Assembly: GCA_010909165.1 (NCBI GenBank)
Contig: MU008173.1
Span: 124,001 to 188,000, forward strand
Source: Anthoceros angustus
Taxonomy: Eukaryota; Plantae; Anthocerotophyta
Length of the DNA stretch: 64,000 nucleotides
Direction: 5' to 3'
The position numbers and the translations under genes are program-made. Below the pieces are notes generated by a model, which was given only the letters and a program-made list of their open reading frames with translations, searched no databases and was not told where the DNA came from. Positions 61,098-64,000 of the stretch are shown here, piece by piece (position 1 is the first letter of the stretch; each line of letters opens with the position of its first letter).

Positions 61098-61456
61098 CGG
61101 TGGTGGACCTGAACACGGCCAACTCCAGCAGTAAGATGGTACAATTCGCTCGTAGCAAGTTTTTCAGCATTACTCCTGGGCAGCTTGTACCGACATGTCA
61201 ACAAACTCACCACCCCTACTACAGAAGGTTCGTGGCTCTTGCTACCACATTGTAGCTGTTGCAAAGGTTGGCTTTCTGCCCAGTGCAAGGATCTTCCGAG
61301 TGGATAGTGGAGCAGACTTCAATCCTTCCTACATGGCTAACATGGTGGATGAAGAGGAACATCCTTTCCTTCCCTAAGTCACCTTCATGGTTGTTCCAGG
61401 CTTCCCTGTAGGGAAAGTCGTCAAAGTGAAGTGTACTCTCAAATTTGTGTGTCCTA
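61098..61456 (+). pseudogene. GIL1/IRKI-like C-terminal fragment
   Basis: VVDLNTANSSSKMVQFARSKF...FLPSARIFRVDSGADFNPSYM, nearly the same as the end of the 56682 gene. Confidence 0.85.
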
Positions 61457-61789
61457 AAGTTGCTCATCTCCTGGAGATGGTAGTGTGGAGCAGTCCACTT
61501 AGATCTATCTCGTGTCAGGAATGAGAAACCTTGGGGCTTGGAGATTTTGGGAGCCTGTAACGTTCCTTGTGCTGCTGAATGCTATGTAAGTATGGATTGC
61601 ACACACTTCTAGGAGGTGTCCTAGAAAGAAGCTGCTCCTATACACGCATGTCTAACTTCTGGAATGCCCTTGCAAACTTAGTGCAACCTGCTGTGGAACG
61701 CTGTGAGGGCGAGAAACGTGCGTGCATGCCTCACTATCTGTGAGCGCCACCACCTGTGTTGAATGAACGTGAGTTCATGTTCTCGGATG

Positions 61790-62645
61790 TGCTTGATGAC
61801 GGACACCGTCAACTCCATCCCGTGGTAGTCGACGTCGTCTCTCCCTTTCGTTCCCTTGTTGTAGGATTCCCAGGCCCTCCTCAGATGCGTCGGGATGTGC
61901 AGGTAGTGAACTTCCCTGTGGTCGGCGCCATCGAAGGAGTATTTTATGTCGGACCAGCAGCAGTGCCGCCGCCGCTCGCTCGCTCGCTCGCTCGGAGCGT
62001 CACTGCTTGCAGCTTCTCGTTGTGGCTCAGCTTCATTTGCACACCGAACAAGTTAGCTTTCCCAGTGTGTACAACAGATCTCATAACAAGATGTCTTCTG
62101 GCTCAGGGTGTGTGCAGAAACTAGCTAGCGGAAAGGTCATACATGAAAATTCGCCACGTTAAAAGTCGCATTAAATGAATCTCTAACGTGTTTGTCCAGT
62201 CACTGTAGGTTTGGCTATATGCTTTGTTGCTTCCATGTCGCGATCGCATTCCAGCGGCCAAGTCGTTCAAGGATCTTGTCAGCCCTCGTCTGCGCTTCTT
62301 GGAGGTCACACCTCAATGTTGCTGCAAGGGGGAATCAAACAGTTCAAGCTTCAGGATCATGTCAGCAACAAAATACTCCATAACCACGGTAGGCTCGGTG
62401 GTGAAACGCACCTCCAAGGCGTCTGTGCTAAAGCTGAGAAATCCTAAGGTGGACTGGTCCGCACAACCGGGGCTTTCGGAAACCGACTTGCGCGTGAAGA
62501 CTGTGAACCTATCCCTGCATCGCCAACCGAGGGAAATCCATGTCCGGTAGCTCGGAGGATCGGACTCCGAATTTGAATCGAAGCCAAACATGTGCCCATC
62601 ATTTCGGTTTTGCGGGACACCTGAGACGTCTAGAGATGACCAGGT
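61790..62645 (-). pseudogene. HSPA12-like copy 12 fragments (~61790-61950 and ~62390-62645) flanking the 4HB remnant
   Basis: SDIKYSFDG..HIP..LRRAWESYNK..DVDY..MELTVS and WRCRDRFTVFTRK..FSTDALEVRFTT. Confidence 0.7.
61995..62375 (-). pseudogene. Decayed paralog of the four-helix-bundle gene (intron 1 end, exon 2, start of exon 3)
   Basis: Reverse complement matches ~47185-47575: TLRCDLQEAQ..WKQQSI*..VRDSF..FH|GT, then KLQAV. Confidence 0.8.
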
Positions 62646-62791
62646 CGGGGGAGGAGGAGGGAGGGGCCTAAGAGGACAGCTCCTTTGGATACTGTGCTAG
62701 TGGGATGTGGCGTGATCATCATCTTCGTCGTGAAGCCTGCAATCAATGTTTTAAAAATTAAATATTAAATTGACATCATGACTAACCGTGG

Positions 62792-62796
62792 GCGGG

Positions 62797-62839
<43 letters not shown>

Positions 62840-62864
62840 GCGTGTTCGATCCACGCTCACCGCA
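62792..62864 (+). tRNA. trnF-GAA: tRNA-Phe(GAA), cytosolic plant type
   Basis: GCGGGGATAGCTCAGTTGGGAGAGCGTCAGACTGAAGATCTGAAGGTCGCGTGTTCGATCCACGCTCACCGCA, 73 nt, intact A and B boxes. Confidence 0.97.
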
Positions 62865-62872
62865 TATGTTGT

Positions 62873-62986
62873 CAAAATTGCCCTTTTTCTGGGCAATGAA
62901 TGGGTGACATCAAAATTGCCCTTTTTCTGGGCAATGAATGGGTGACATCAAAATTGCCCTTTTTCTGGGCAATGAATGGGTGACAA
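62873..62986 (+). repeat. 38-bp tandem repeat x3 containing a Pol III T5 terminator inside a hairpin
   Basis: Unit caaaattgccctttttctgggcaatgaatgggtgacat; stem attgccc/gggcaat with loop tttttct. Confidence 0.9.
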
Positions 62987-63501
62987 CGAATGGGTGACAA
63001 CGACGACTCGCACTTCATGAGGGACAGCACGATATTGTGAATTTGTGGGGTGCTGTCCCTTTGTAGCAGCGGGGGTTGGTGCTGTGAAGAAGAAGAAGAA
63101 GAATTTTATTTGAGTCCACTAAGGACGGATTTCCGTCATGGGACTTGGTACTTGACAACTTGTACCATGGTGTGCTGAGCTACTTGCACCAAGGGCATCC
63201 ACTCCCTTTAGGCACCCCATCTAAGTACCGATCTAAGTTCAGGATGCTTAATCACGGCGTTCTTATAAATGTGTGTCCATTTGGCCTAAGCCATTTGGAC
63301 GTACTGTGGCTCCCTGCTATCGGTGGTTTGTCTTCGAAGTTTTGATTCTTCTCACTCGTACATTCTCATTGTCGATAACATCTGTTTACCTTACCCCTGT
63401 TTACCTTACCCCTAGAATGGTTAGGGCTGTTTTTAGAATTATGCCATCGGAGTAACAAACCTTGCATGAGAAGCATGCAGCCCTGGATCTCGTTAAAAAG
63501 T

Positions 63502-64000
63502 TGTAAGTAGTAGTGATAAGACTTAGCTTAGGGCTTAAGGAAGAAAGTCTGCTTTAGGCAGTGACTTTGGAAATGATGTAAACCTCCCTATAAAAAGGAG
63601 ATGAGGGCTATTGGAAATGATGTAAACCTCCCTATAAAAAGGAGATGAGGCTAGCCCTAGAGAAGCATCTTGTGATTCTAGCATGGGGAGCTACACTCTG
63701 GAGGATAGGACTTTGAAGCCTAGAGGCCTTGGGAGCCTGGAGTGTGAGCATGTCTAGAAGGATCTGGAGTGTGAGCATGTATAGAAGGATCCTAGTACTT
63801 GGGAGCTACACTCTTGTGAGGATAGGACTTTGGTGCCTATAGGCCTTGGGAGCCTAGAGTGTGAGCGTGCTAGAGGAGAGCTGTTGAGGAGGAGATCGAG
63901 GGGAGAGAGCTAAGCTCCTAGCTTAGGCAAAGATGGGGAGCTCTCTCTGATCTCTCATGTATTCTTGTTGACTCTTGCTGGAATAAATAGCAGCGGCAGA
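63502..64000 (+). mobile_element. Possible LTR (runs off the window)
   Basis: Starts TGT; duplicated ttggaaatgatgtaaacctccctataaaaaggagatgagg TATA block; internal subrepeats; AATAAA near the end. No partner LTR visible. Confidence 0.4.

Overview
Eukaryotic nuclear DNA, most likely from a non-seed land plant. Evidence: land-plant tRNA-Phe, CLF/E(z)-type exons, GIL1/IRKI-like genes, short GT-AG introns, Copia elements. Species not determinable. Homopolymer indels are frequent, so some frameshifts may be long-read assembly errors. (1) Bases 1-20.6 kb are nested transposons: a degenerate Copia, then a second Copia (LTRs 2562-2760 and 20432-20638, TSD GACAT) inserted on the start codon of an HSPA12-like gene. 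Its integrase is split by a 12.3-kb TIR DNA transposon (26-bp TIRs, 4-bp TSD TGAA). That transposon carries a Sola-like transposase remnant and a divergent ParB/Srx-like + beta-class N4C/N6A DNA-methyltransferase remnant. (2) Bases 20.6-62.7 kb are a birth-and-death cluster: about 12 intronless HSPA12-like atypical Hsp70 loci (3 with intact ORFs), 4 GIL1/IRKI-like coiled-coil loci, a spliced gene for an MLKL/RPW8/Cbl-N-like four-helix bundle fused to three SPRY domains plus a decayed paralog, and scattered pieces of a diverged CLF/E(z) gene. A ~6-kb inverted duplication brackets much of the cluster. (3) The end holds tRNA-Phe(GAA), a triplicated terminator hairpin and an LTR-like tail. Best candidates for new biology: the HSPA12-like / 4HB-3xSPRY / GIL1-like trio (putative immune or cell-death module; this is inference) and the methyltransferase-carrying Sola-like transposon.
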